Part shown: one piece after another, positions 40,327 to 49,292 of the stretch | How the letters are laid out: every line of letters begins with the position of its first letter | How positions within the stretch are numbered: position 1 is the first letter of the stretch | NCBI GenBank assembly: GCA_036835125.1 | Contig: DAITMO010000001.1 | Span: 609,399-673,398 of the forward strand | Length of the DNA stretch: 64,000 nt | Direction of reading: 5' to 3' | Origin: Patescibacteria group bacterium | GTDB taxonomy: Bacteria; Patescibacteriota; Microgenomatia; UBA8517 | Notes under the pieces: generated by a model | What the model was told of the DNA's origin: nothing | The model's database searches: none | What the model saw: only the letters and a program-made list of their open reading frames with translations | Program-made: the position numbers and the translations under genes

Positions 40327-40411
40327 GGCCGAGTGGCGGAATGGTAGACGCGCACGACTCAAAATCGTGTTGGGGTAATACTCAGTGAGAGTTCGAGTCT
40401 CTCCTTGGCCA
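40327..40411 (+). tRNA. tRNA-Leu(CAA), type II with long variable arm
   Basis: Acceptor GGCCGAG/CTTGGCC (one G-T pair). Anticodon stem CACGA/TCGTG with loop CTCAAAA (anticodon CAA). Long variable arm. T-arm GAGAG-TTCGAGT-CTCTC. Discriminator A; CCA not encoded. Confidence 0.8.
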
Positions 40412-40413
40412 CT

Positions 40414-41742
40414 TTACTTTTCAGTGTGTTTTGTTTCCCTTGAATAAAACCTAATTCTATCTCCCTTAAAATGAAGTGGAACACTTCTTAATGGACCATT
40501 TCTGTGCTTGCTTATATCAAGCATTATGTTTTCACTGTTTTCATCATCTTCTCTCCATAAAAACATTACAACGTCAGCGTCTTGTTCTATGCTTCCAGAT
40601 TCACGAAGATCTGCAAGTTGTGGTTTTTTGCCTCCTCTTGTTTCTACTGCACGAGATAACTGGGAAAGAACTACAACAGGAATCTTAAGCTCACGTGCTA
40701 AATTCTTCATTCCCTGGGAAATTTCAGAAACCTCTTGGACCCTATTTTCTAGATTCCTTGACCTGGCAAGTTGTAAATAATCAACAACCAAAAGATCAAG
40801 TCCACTTTCAACCTGAAGACGTCTTGCTTTTGTTCTCATTTCAAGAACTGATAGTGCAGGAGTGTCATCAATAAAAAGAGGTGCTTCAGCAAGAACTCCC
40901 ATTGCGTCGCTGAGTTTACTAAAATCATCTTCTGAAAGTTTTCCAGTCTTTAGCCTCCAAGCATCAATATCTGCTTGAGCAACAAGAAGTCTATCAACAA
41001 GCTCTTCCCTGCTCATTTCAAGCGAAAAGAATCCAACGGGGCGTTTTAATTCCACAGCCACATATTGGGCAATGTTCATTGCCAATGTTGTCTTTCCAAC
41101 ACCAGGTCTGGCTGCCAAAATAAGTAAATTGGATTGCTGAAGTCCGGCTAGTGCATCATCTAAATCTTTGAACCCTGTAGGAACACCTCTTACCCCACCT
41201 CCACTTTTATGAAGTTCGTCAAGTCTGTCAAAACTTTCTGCCAAAGTATCTTTTACAGAAGTAAACGCTTTACTTAGCGATTTTTGACTCAATGAAAATA
41301 TTGCACTTTCTGCTTTATCTAAAACATCACTTGCTCCAAGTCCTTCATCAAGAGAGACATCAACAAGTTTAGAAGCCACAGACATTAAGGCCCTTTTTGT
41401 TGCAGTATCTTTTACGATTCTTCCATAATGTTCAACATGGGCCGCAGTTGGAACCTTGTTTGCAAGTTCTACCAAAAAAGATGAGGACCCAATATCTTTA
41501 AATGCTTTATTTTTCTTTAATCTATCTGTAACCGTTAAAACATCAATTGGAATTCTTTCCTCATAAAGATCAATACAAGCTTTATATACTTCACGTAGTC
41601 TTTCGTCATAAAAATCGTCTTCTGACAAAAACTCTGCAACTGCAATAACAGCGTCGCGATCTATAAGCATAGCTCCAAGAACTGATTCCTCAGCTTCCTG
41701 GGAGTGCGGTGGAACTCTTAAATTGGATTGATTTACTGCCAT
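40414..41742 (-). CDS. dnaB: replicative DNA helicase DnaB
   Basis: N-terminal PPHSQEAEESVLGAMLID, Walker A ARPGVGKTTLAMNIAQY; 442 aa. Confidence 0.9.
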   Translation of the reverse strand: MAVNQSNLRVPPHSQEAEESVLGAMLIDRDAVIAVAEFLSEDDFYDERLREVYKACIDLYEERIPIDVLTVTDRLKKNKAFKDIGSSSFLVELANKVPTAAHVEHYGRIVKDTATKRALMSVASKLVDVSLDEGLGASDVLDKAESAIFSLSQKSLSKAFTSVKDTLAESFDRLDELHKSGGGVRGVPTGFKDLDDALAGLQQSNLLILAARPGVGKTTLAMNIAQYVAVELKRPVGFFSLEMSREELVDRLLVAQADIDAWRLKTGKLSEDDFSKLSDAMGVLAEAPLFIDDTPALSVLEMRTKARRLQVESGLDLLVVDYLQLARSRNLENRVQEVSEISQGMKNLARELKIPVVVLSQLSRAVETRGGKKPQLADLRESGSIEQDADVVMFLWREDDENSENIMLDISKHRNGPLRSVPLHFKGDRIRFYSRETKHTEK

Positions 41743-41789
41743 TTAAATTGACTTATACTACTCCTCGGCAGTTTGTAAAGGAGATATAA

Positions 41790-42443
41790 TTATTTTCTTT
41801 CTAGAACAATTACTTTGGCTGTTTGTTCTTCAGAAATATCCTCTCTTTTAATTGTAAATTTAGGTAACACCTCTACGGTTTTTCCTATTTCCTTTAAAAA
41901 CATTTCTTTTGATTCAAGCTCACCAAACTCAGATTCGTTTATCCCTTCATCTTTATAGTGCATTGGAATAATAAAATAGGGATCAATTTTGCCTACAACC
42001 TCAACTGCTTCTTTTGGACTAAGTGTGAATCTACCGCCAACAGGAATCATTAGAATATCAATAGCTCCCATTTCGCTTACAAAATCATCATCTAGAATGT
42101 GTCCCAAATCTCCTAAATGGGCAATTTTAAGACCATCCGCCTCAAAAATATATATTGTATTCTTACCTCTTTCTTCTCCATTTTTGGAATCATGGAATGA
42201 TGAATATCCCATTATTGAGACCCCACCAACCTCATATTCACCTGGTCCTTCAATCACCTTTTTTATGCCGCTTATTTTTTCTATACAATTGTGATCTTTG
42301 TGTTTATGGGAGATTGTGACAATATCAGCATCAGTTGTAGGATATTTAAAACCAACTATTTTGGAATCAAATGGATCGGTTATTACTGTTGCCGTCTTTG
42401 TTTTTATTTTAAATGCTGAATGACCTAAATATGTAATGTCCAT
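41790..42443 (-). CDS. MBL-fold metallo-hydrolase
   Basis: ITYLGHSAFKI...TDPFD and TISHKHKDHN (HxHxDH-type). Confidence 0.7.
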   Translation of the reverse strand: MDITYLGHSAFKIKTKTATVITDPFDSKIVGFKYPTTDADIVTISHKHKDHNCIEKISGIKKVIEGPGEYEVGGVSIMGYSSFHDSKNGEERGKNTIYIFEADGLKIAHLGDLGHILDDDFVSEMGAIDILMIPVGGRFTLSPKEAVEVVGKIDPYFIIPMHYKDEGINESEFGELESKEMFLKEIGKTVEVLPKFTIKREDISEEQTAKVIVLERK

Positions 42444-42556
42444 GGTTTAACTCTATCGCACTCTAACAAATCTAGCAAAATGAATCAATACCCTACTTAT
42501 AAAAAACTTGACTACAGGCTTAACTTACTCTATATTGGGGACTTGCATAAAAGAGA

Positions 42557-43576
42557 ATGAGAAAAGAACTACTTTGGGCAGGAATTATAGGTATTAGTTT
42601 TGGACTTATAATTGGGTTTGGTGTTTGGAGAGTTAAATCAAAAATTTCACAAAAGAATATTTTAGCTCCATCACCCACTCCACAAGCAAATTTAAAAGGA
42701 CAACTTAAAATTGCACTTAATAAACCTGAGGATTATAGTGTTACAACAGAAAGTGTTATTACAGTATCTGGTATCACTAAAAGTTCTTCGTGGGTAGTTG
42801 CCTCCAATGAAACTAACGACTTTATTACTAAAGCAGGAAATGATGGAACTTTCTTACTTGATGTAGACCTAAAATCAGGGGTAAATATCTTAAAGGTTAC
42901 TTCTCTTAATAATCAATCAGAAACTTCTACTGAAAAGGTGCTTGTTGTCTATTCTCCATCTTTTCAAACATCAACCCCTTCCCCAACTTCTGACTCTAAA
43001 TCTTTTGAAGCATCCAGTGAATCAGACATTGATAAAGCTGTTGCACTAAAGGTTGCTCAAGTTGGAAACAACCCAAAAGCATACATTGGAACTGTTACAG
43101 ATATAACCGACACTACAATTCAAATAAAAAGTATGAATAGTCAAATTCAACAAATTGAAACAGGAAATAATGATGTGAACGTTGTTGACTCCAAAGGCAC
43201 TACCACAAAGATTGTAAAACTAACCGATATTGCAATCGGAGATTTTATTGTAGCCATGGGATATGTTGACGGAGATGAAGTATTAGACGTTCAAAGAATT
43301 CTTATTACAAATACATTGACAGAAACACAAATTACTACTTCTATTAAGAAAGTAGTTAAGGAAGGAACAAAATCCATTGAAGTGATAGAAACTGATGGAT
43401 CAACTCAAACAATAACTCCTGGCAAAAATACTGAAATTTATAGCTATTTAGAAGGAAAAACAACATCTATCAAATTGTCTTCCATCACTGAAAATGAGTA
43501 TGTAATTGTAGTTTCCGATACGACAGGTACCCCATCTATAACAAGGTCAATTTTCGATATTGGACAAGTTAACTAA
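42557..43576 (+). CDS. membrane-anchored extracytoplasmic protein, unknown function
   Basis: N-terminal TM anchor (LLWAGIIGISFGLIIGFGVW), then a Ser/Thr/Pro-rich linker and beta-rich domains. Confidence 0.45.
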   Translation: MRKELLWAGIIGISFGLIIGFGVWRVKSKISQKNILAPSPTPQANLKGQLKIALNKPEDYSVTTESVITVSGITKSSSWVVASNETNDFITKAGNDGTFLLDVDLKSGVNILKVTSLNNQSETSTEKVLVVYSPSFQTSTPSPTSDSKSFEASSESDIDKAVALKVAQVGNNPKAYIGTVTDITDTTIQIKSMNSQIQQIETGNNDVNVVDSKGTTTKIVKLTDIAIGDFIVAMGYVDGDEVLDVQRILITNTLTETQITTSIKKVVKEGTKSIEVIETDGSTQTITPGKNTEIYSYLEGKTTSIKLSSITENEYVIVVSDTTGTPSITRSIFDIGQVN

Positions 43577-43585
43577 TAAAAAGCT

Positions 43586-43613
43586 TGACAAAGGAAAATA
43601 ACATACTATAATA
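43586..43613 (+). promoter_or_regulatory. consensus sigma70 promoter TTGACA-16-TATAAT
   Basis: Exact consensus hexamers at 43586-43591 and 43608-43613. Confidence 0.55.
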
Positions 43614-43805
43614 CCCTTTTGTGCCTAAAGTCTTTCGCTCCTTGTCCCGATATGTTTCGGGACAATGAAGGGAAGATTTTTAAAAGTAAATAATATACAA
43701 TAAGGAAGACTAATTTAATAAACCGCCAATACCGTCAGTCACGCGACGGAAGGGCCCGCCAAATACGGGACGCAGATAAGCGTAAAAATCAAAGATCGAT
43801 AATAC

Positions 43806-43829
43806 AGGGAACCGAAAGGTTCCTTTTTT
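43806..43829 (+). terminator. intrinsic terminator-like hairpin GGAACC-GAAA-GGTTCC followed by TTTTTTG, inside the leader of the HisRS-like gene
   Basis: Read from sequence. It lies 55 nt upstream of ATG 43884 and about 190 nt downstream of the consensus promoter, which suggests an attenuator or riboswitch-type leader, or a separate ~200-nt sRNA. Confidence 0.5.
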
Positions 43830-43883
43830 GTTGGTTAAAGACTATTATTAATAGTAAGTATTAGTAGAAATATAAAAAAATAT

Positions 43884-44792
43884 ATGCAAAAAGGTCCAGT
43901 TACACCAAAAGGGTTTGGGGACATACTCCCAACGGAGGCTGCTAAAAGGCGTTTTATGTTTAACGCTATTGCCCCAATTCTTGAAAAAAATGGGTTTGTT
44001 CCATTGGAAACTCCAACTATCGAGTTTGCAGAAACTCTACTTGGAAAATATGGGGAAGATGAAAAACTTATTTATAAATTTGAAGATAAGGGAGGAAGAA
44101 AACTTGCTTTAAGGTACGACCTCACTGTTCCCCTAGCCCGCTTCGTTTCAAATAATCTTGGACTTCTTACCCCAACATTTAGTAGATATCAGATTGGACA
44201 AGTTTTCAGAGGAGACAATCCACAAAAAGGAAGGAAAAGAGAGTTTACACAATTTGATTTTGATACAGTAGGATCAATCGATGCCTCAGAAGATATAAAA
44301 GTTATTGCAGCCGCAATTGAAGCAGCTCGAGCAATTGGACTAAAGGATGCAATCATACAAATAAACGACCGCACAATCTTTGATGAAATTGGTTTTTCAA
44401 AAGAAGCAGTTGTAGCGATTGATAAAATTGACAAAATTGGGAAAGAGGAAGTCCTCAAACTTTTAAAGGAAATTGATCCAAAAGGTGCTGAAGTAAACTT
44501 TAAAAAACTTGAGAATCCAATAATCCCTGAAAGACTTTCTAAAATCTTAGAAGGTTTAAAGTTAAAAGGATTAAAAGATGGAGTCGATTATGTTTTCAAT
44601 CCATACCTTGCTAGAGGTTTAAATTACTATACCTCAACCGTACTAGAGCTAAAATTAGATAAAACTCCAGGAGGTCTTTCCATTGGTGGTGGTGGACGCT
44701 ATGACAACCTAATTGGAATGTTTGCAGGGCGCGATATTCCCGCAATCGGTTTTTCCTTTGGAATAGATCGTATACTAGATTTACTTCCTTAA
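43884..44792 (+). CDS. histidyl-tRNA synthetase-like catalytic core (HisRS/HisZ-like) lacking an anticodon-binding domain
   Basis: Class II motifs: KLALRYDLTVPLARF, FRGDNPQKGRKREFTQFDFD (motif 2), GGGRYDNL...GFSFGIDRIL (motif 3). Only 302 aa. Confidence 0.7.
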   Translation: MQKGPVTPKGFGDILPTEAAKRRFMFNAIAPILEKNGFVPLETPTIEFAETLLGKYGEDEKLIYKFEDKGGRKLALRYDLTVPLARFVSNNLGLLTPTFSRYQIGQVFRGDNPQKGRKREFTQFDFDTVGSIDASEDIKVIAAAIEAARAIGLKDAIIQINDRTIFDEIGFSKEAVVAIDKIDKIGKEEVLKLLKEIDPKGAEVNFKKLENPIIPERLSKILEGLKLKGLKDGVDYVFNPYLARGLNYYTSTVLELKLDKTPGGLSIGGGGRYDNLIGMFAGRDIPAIGFSFGIDRILDLLP

Positions 44793-44838
44793 CACCCACC
44801 CATTCTATTCATGGTCCACTACATGTTACTATTTATGT

Positions 44839-45753
44839 ATGAATCCTGCTCGTAAGCGTGCTTATATTGAGCTTTTAATAGTTGCTGCTATCTGGGGAAT
44901 TGCTGCTCCAATCATTAAACATACCCTTGGAGGTTTCTCTCCTGCGGTGTTTTTAACATACAGACTTTTCCTTTCGGCGGTTGCTGCAATCATAATTTTT
45001 TCAATTACTGGTATAAAATTCCCAAAAAACAGAAAGGTACTTCTGGTAACTATTTTGAATGGTTTCCTTTTAACAACTGTTTCTTTAGGATTACTATTCT
45101 TTGGTTTGAACAAAACAACATCTATTGATTCAAATCTAATTTCAGCAATGGGTCCAATCTTAATTGCAATTGCAGGTGTGTTTTTCTTGAAAGAACGCAT
45201 CACAAAAAGGGAAAGCATTGGGATTTTAATTGCCCTTACCGGAACCTTTGTAACAATTGCTGAACCTGTGTTAAGCGGTCACGTTCATTTTGCGGGACTT
45301 CAAGGAAACCTGTTAATTTTTATCTCATTAATTGTCGGAACAATTACTGCAATATTAGCAAAGGTAGTTCTGAGAAATGATGTTGATGCAAGTTTTGCAT
45401 CAAATTCAGCTTTCATTGTGGGATTTTTAACAATTCTTCCATTTTCCATCTCTGAGATTGTGAATTCTAATTTTGAGGTCATTACTAAGGTTCCATTCTC
45501 TTTTCACTTAGGAGTAATTTATATGGCCCTTCTTTCAGGAACTTTAGCCTATCTTTTGTGGCATAGGGCTGAAAAAACCATAGAGGTTGGCGAAGTAAAC
45601 TTGATTGGATATCTTTACCCTGTATTTGGTACCCCACTTTCAATTTTTTGGTTAAAGGAAAAAATTGGACTTCCCTTCATAATAGGATCCATCCTTATTG
45701 TTGTTGGAGTATTCTTGGCTGAATATAAAAAACGCTTTAAAATAAAAAAGTAG
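44839..45753 (+). CDS. EamA/DMT-family transporter
   Basis: Ten predicted TM helices in two EamA-like halves. Confidence 0.7.
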   Translation: MNPARKRAYIELLIVAAIWGIAAPIIKHTLGGFSPAVFLTYRLFLSAVAAIIIFSITGIKFPKNRKVLLVTILNGFLLTTVSLGLLFFGLNKTTSIDSNLISAMGPILIAIAGVFFLKERITKRESIGILIALTGTFVTIAEPVLSGHVHFAGLQGNLLIFISLIVGTITAILAKVVLRNDVDASFASNSAFIVGFLTILPFSISEIVNSNFEVITKVPFSFHLGVIYMALLSGTLAYLLWHRAEKTIEVGEVNLIGYLYPVFGTPLSIFWLKEKIGLPFIIGSILIVVGVFLAEYKKRFKIKK

Positions 45754-45817
45754 GCCAAACTTCTAACAAACGAGTTGGTATTGCTGATCCTAACCAAAAA
45801 TGCTAAAATTCACTGTT

Positions 45818-46132
45818 ATGAAAGCAGCAATTCATCCAAAATGGTTTGTCGAGGCAACAGTAACCTGTGCTTGTGGCAATGTGTTTACAACAGGCGCAAG
45901 CGTTCCTGAACTCCATGTAGATGTGTGTTCAGCTTGCCACCCATTTTATACAGGACAAATGAAGTTTGTTGATACTGCAGGGCGCGTTGACGCTTTCAAG
46001 GCTAAAATGCAGGGAGCTACAAAACATGTAAGTAAAACTGAAAAAAGAAGACTCAAAGAAGCAAAAAGACAAGAAGAAGAAGCTTCTCGACCAGAAACGC
46101 TTAACGAACTTCGTTCTACAGATACCAAATAG
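45818..46132 (+). CDS. rpmE: 50S ribosomal protein L31
   Basis: [28 protein letters not shown]...[27 protein letters not shown], with a Lys/Glu-rich C-terminal extension. Confidence 0.85.
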   Translation: MKAAIHPKWFVEATVTCACGNVFTTGASVPELHVDVCSACHPFYTGQMKFVDTAGRVDAFKAKMQGATKHVSKTEKRRLKEAKRQEEEASRPETLNELRSTDTK

Positions 46133-46164
46133 GAAGCTAAATGTAGCTTGATACTACCTATCAT

Positions 46165-46887
46165 TTGCTACATACTACAATCATGAATCCACAAAATCAG
46201 ACTGTTTATTTAGAAATTAGGGGTGCTACAGGAGGAGATGAAGCAAAGCTATGGGGAGCCGACCTTCTTCGTATGTATATACGCTACGCAGTAAAGAAAA
46301 ACTGGAAAACAGCACTTGTTTCTGAAAATACCCTAAAAATTTCAGGTTTTGGTGTATATGACAACCTAAAAAATGAATCAGGAGTTCATAGAGTTCAAAG
46401 GGTCCCAACTACTGAAAAAAGAGGTAGAATTCATACATCAACTGCAACTGTTGTAGTTCTTCCTGAAGTTAGAGATACCGATATACAAATTAATCCAAAC
46501 GACCTGGATTGGCAATTCACTACTGGAGGTGGTCATGGAGGACAAAATGTAAATAAAGTTGCGACAGCTGTCAGACTCACTCATAGACCCACCGGTATCG
46601 TCGTACAAGCCCGCGAGGAGAGGTTTCAAGAGCAAAATAGACAAATAGCCCTTTCCCTTCTAAGAAGCCGCCTTTGGGAGCATCAAGAGGCTGAAAAAAT
46701 GAGAACAATTGCAGGTTATAGAAGTGTAATTGGGCGAGGAATGAGATCTGAAAAAATTAGAACCTACAATTTTCCTCAAGACAGAGTAACTGATCATAGA
46801 ATTGGGAAAAGCTGGGGAAAACTTGAACTAATTGTTGATGGGGATTTAGAACGAGTCATCGAACTAACCAAAAACATTGAAGCTTAA
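46165..46887 (+). CDS. prfA: class I peptide chain release factor, RF1-like, lacking N-terminal domain 1
   Basis: Begins at the domain-2 motif YLEIRGATGGDEAKLW. GVHRVQRVPTTEKRGRIHTS has a PxT-type tripeptide (PTT). GGQ motif in TTGGGHGGQNVNKVATAVRLTH. 240 aa versus about 360 for canonical RF1. Confidence 0.75.
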   Translation: MLHTTIMNPQNQTVYLEIRGATGGDEAKLWGADLLRMYIRYAVKKNWKTALVSENTLKISGFGVYDNLKNESGVHRVQRVPTTEKRGRIHTSTATVVVLPEVRDTDIQINPNDLDWQFTTGGGHGGQNVNKVATAVRLTHRPTGIVVQAREERFQEQNRQIALSLLRSRLWEHQEAEKMRTIAGYRSVIGRGMRSEKIRTYNFPQDRVTDHRIGKSWGKLELIVDGDLERVIELTKNIEA

Positions 46888-48116
46888 TTAAAAAATTTGA
46901 TTGCCTCAATTAATTGATCATCATTAGATCCATCAGTTGGGTTTGATACTTCAATGTCAGGAATAATTCCTTCTTTATGAACCCACGTTCCTTTAGGTGT
47001 TAACCATTTTGCAGTTGTGACATGAATCCCACTTCCCCCTGTCATATCAATGGGTTCTTGAATAGTTCCTTTGCCAAAGCTTTTATCTCCAACTAGTTTT
47101 ATTCCTAAAGTATCCCTCAATGCCCCTGAAAGAATCTCTGAGGCTGACGCACTTCCTTTATTTATCAAAACAACTGTTTTATATTTAGAAAGTCTTGGTA
47201 AGCTTTCCGATTTATATTCTTCTTTTGACCCATCACCGTTTTCTTGAACAACAACAACTGAACCGTTTGGTACAAAGTCTCCTGCCAGCTCAACCGCCGA
47301 CTGCATGTAGCCTCCTGGATTATTTCGAAGATCAATTATTATTCCTTTTGTATTTTTTGTCATAATCTCAGAAACAGCTTTATTCCATTCACTTTTTGTT
47401 TCTGCTCCAAATTCACTTACCTGGATACGGGCAATGTCTGAACCTTCTCCTACCCATGACAATGTTACTGAGTGAATATTAATTTTCTCGCGTGTAAGCT
47501 CAACAACAATGGGCTCGGAAGCACCATCTCTAAGAAGAGTTAGTGTGACCTTTGTCCCTTCAGCGCCACGAATATAGGTAACAGCCTCATTTGAACTGAT
47601 TGTAGTACTATCAATATCAACATTTTTATTTTTATCTGTAATTTTTACTATATAATCCCCAGGCATTATTCCTGCTTTTGCTGCAGGAGTGTCAGAAAGT
47701 GGAGCAATTACTGCTAGCTGACCATCTCTATAGCCAATCTCAATTCCTACACCACCAAAAGAACCATTTAAATTTTCATTAACTACTTTATTTTGAGAAG
47801 GAGATAGAAATGCGGTGTATGGGTCCCCCACTGATGAAACCATTCCTTGAATTGCCCCATAAATCATTTGAGAAGGAATGAGTTTTGTTTTGTCATAGTA
47901 TTTTTCTGCCAAAAGATCCCATGTTTGCCAAAAAAGAGTCATATCAACGTTTTTATCTATTGGAGTAGCTCGATTAATAGAAATGTTTAAAGCTTTTGAA
48001 ATCTCAACTCTATATCCATTAACTCCCAAAAAATAACCACCGGAAAATACTCCCGCCAAAATAAAAACGGAGATTAATATCTTTCTAACTTTGATGAAAT
48101 CAAGCTTCACACGCAT
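46884..48116 (-). CDS. ctpA: C-terminal processing protease (S41, CtpA/Prc)
   Basis: N-terminal TM, PDZ domain, and S41 catalytic region ...NKGSASASEILSGAL. Confidence 0.85.
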   Translation of the reverse strand: MRVKLDFIKVRKILISVFILAGVFSGGYFLGVNGYRVEISKALNISINRATPIDKNVDMTLFWQTWDLLAEKYYDKTKLIPSQMIYGAIQGMVSSVGDPYTAFLSPSQNKVVNENLNGSFGGVGIEIGYRDGQLAVIAPLSDTPAAKAGIMPGDYIVKITDKNKNVDIDSTTISSNEAVTYIRGAEGTKVTLTLLRDGASEPIVVELTREKINIHSVTLSWVGEGSDIARIQVSEFGAETKSEWNKAVSEIMTKNTKGIIIDLRNNPGGYMQSAVELAGDFVPNGSVVVVQENGDGSKEEYKSESLPRLSKYKTVVLINKGSASASEILSGALRDTLGIKLVGDKSFGKGTIQEPIDMTGGSGIHVTTAKWLTPKGTWVHKEGIIPDIEVSNPTDGSNDDQLIEAIKFFN

Positions 48117-48169
48117 ACCCTACATATTAACGTGTGAATAGATTTCTCTCAATACTTAAAATGAATGAA

Positions 48170-48427
48170 TTATTTTACTGAAGGGACAAAGGGAAGTAGA
48201 GCCAGGTGTCTTGCTCTTTTTATTGCAAGAGATATTCTTCTTTGATGTTTTGCGCAAATTCCAGTTCTACTTTTCCCTTGAATTTTTGCTCTATCATTCA
48301 AGTATTTACTTAAAACATCAACATCTTTGTAATCTGGAGTTGTCTTTGTTTTACAAAAAGGACAATTCTTTGGAACTACAATTTCTATTATTTTTCTTCT
48401 TTTTTTTGTATCTTTTTTCTTTGCCAT
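48170..48427 (-). CDS. rpsR: 30S ribosomal protein S18
   Basis: YKDVDVLSKYLNDRAKIQGKSRTGICAKHQRRISLAIKRARHLALLPF. Confidence 0.9.
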   Translation of the reverse strand: MAKKKDTKKRRKIIEIVVPKNCPFCKTKTTPDYKDVDVLSKYLNDRAKIQGKSRTGICAKHQRRISLAIKRARHLALLPFVPSVK

Positions 48428-48464
48428 AATATATTTCTTCTAATAACTATTTTTTTATTATTTA

Positions 48465-48947
48465 TCAGAAAGGAATATCTTCTTCCCCAACTTCTTCAAC
48501 TGGCTCTTCAACTTTCTCTTCTTTCTTGGACTTAGATTTTGTTTTTACTTCTTTTTCCTCTGGAGGAACTTGAGATTCCATTTCTGGAATATCAATTGAT
48601 TCTCCACTGTCTTCTTTCTTGTCTAATATGACCATGTCATTAATCACTACTTCAGTTCTTTGTTTTTGAGTTCCATCTTGTCCTTGCCAAGACCTCGTTG
48701 AGAGTCTTCCTTCAACATATACTTTTCTTCCCTTTTTCAAAAGCTGAGCACAAATTTCTCCAAGTTTGTTCCATGCAACAATGTTATGAAAATCTGCTTC
48801 ATCCTTTTTTTCTCCGCTTTCTGTTGTCCAACTTCTATTGGTAGCAACACCAAAGGTGCAAACTGCAGTTCCAGCAGGAGTGTAGCGCATTTCAGGATCC
48901 CTTGTGAGGTTCCCTATAAGCATTACTTTGTTTAAGGATTTTGCCAT
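48465..48947 (-). CDS. ssb: single-stranded DNA-binding protein
   Basis: OB-fold MLIGNLTRDPEMRYTPAGTAVCTFGVATNRSW and an acidic C-terminal tip ...EEDIPF. Confidence 0.9.
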   Translation of the reverse strand: MAKSLNKVMLIGNLTRDPEMRYTPAGTAVCTFGVATNRSWTTESGEKKDEADFHNIVAWNKLGEICAQLLKKGRKVYVEGRLSTRSWQGQDGTQKQRTEVVINDMVILDKKEDSGESIDIPEMESQVPPEEKEVKTKSKSKKEEKVEEPVEEVGEEDIPF

Positions 48948-48950
48948 TTT

Positions 48951-49238
48951 TTATTTCTCTTTGTTTATTAATAAGTACCTAATTATATCAGCATCTGTTC
49001 TTAATTTTTCGTTTAGTGTCTTTGCTCCCTTAGGATCAAGCTCAATCTCAAAATAAAGATAGGCCCCTGTTCCACTCTTTCCAATTTTATATGCAAGCTC
49101 TTTAACTCCCCAATCTTTAGATTCTTTGATTGAACCTTTCAATATTGTAAGAACTTTTTCTAAAGTTTCAGTAGCCTTTTTCTTTCCAGCAACCCCTGCC
49201 TTGCCATCAAGAACTATTGTTAATTCATATTTATTCAT
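48951..49238 (-). CDS. rpsF: 30S ribosomal protein S6
   Basis: MNKYELTIVLD...GAYLYFEIELD; classic rpsF-ssb-rpsR order. Confidence 0.85.
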   Translation of the reverse strand: MNKYELTIVLDGKAGVAGKKKATETLEKVLTILKGSIKESKDWGVKELAYKIGKSGTGAYLYFEIELDPKGAKTLNEKLRTDADIIRYLLINKEK

Positions 49239-49246
49239 CGCCTGTA

Positions 49247-49275
49247 ATTATAAAGTAGAAATGATTTTTTGGCAA
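49247..49275 (-). promoter_or_regulatory. promoter for rpsF-ssb-rpsR: TTGCCA-17-TATAAT (minus sense), -10 box ending 8 nt before the ATG (near-leaderless)
   Basis: Reverse complements of plus 49270-49275 and 49247-49252, with a 17-nt spacer. Confidence 0.45.
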
Positions 49276-49283
49276 TTAGGAGC

Positions 49284-49292
49284 TGAGGCTAA
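49284..49292 (+). repeat. TGAGGCTAA motif copy inside hairpin GGAGC-TGAGGCTAA-GCTCC (ychF stop / rpsF upstream)
   Basis: Exact 9-mer flanked by a 5-bp inverted repeat. Confidence 0.35.

Noticed and set aside
43600-43883. T-box riboswitch in the leader of the HisRS-like gene
   Set aside because: There is no recognisable T-box core (GGGUGGNACCGCG with the UGGN bulge) and no obvious His specifier context. The terminator stem is short. It is kept only as a generic structured leader.
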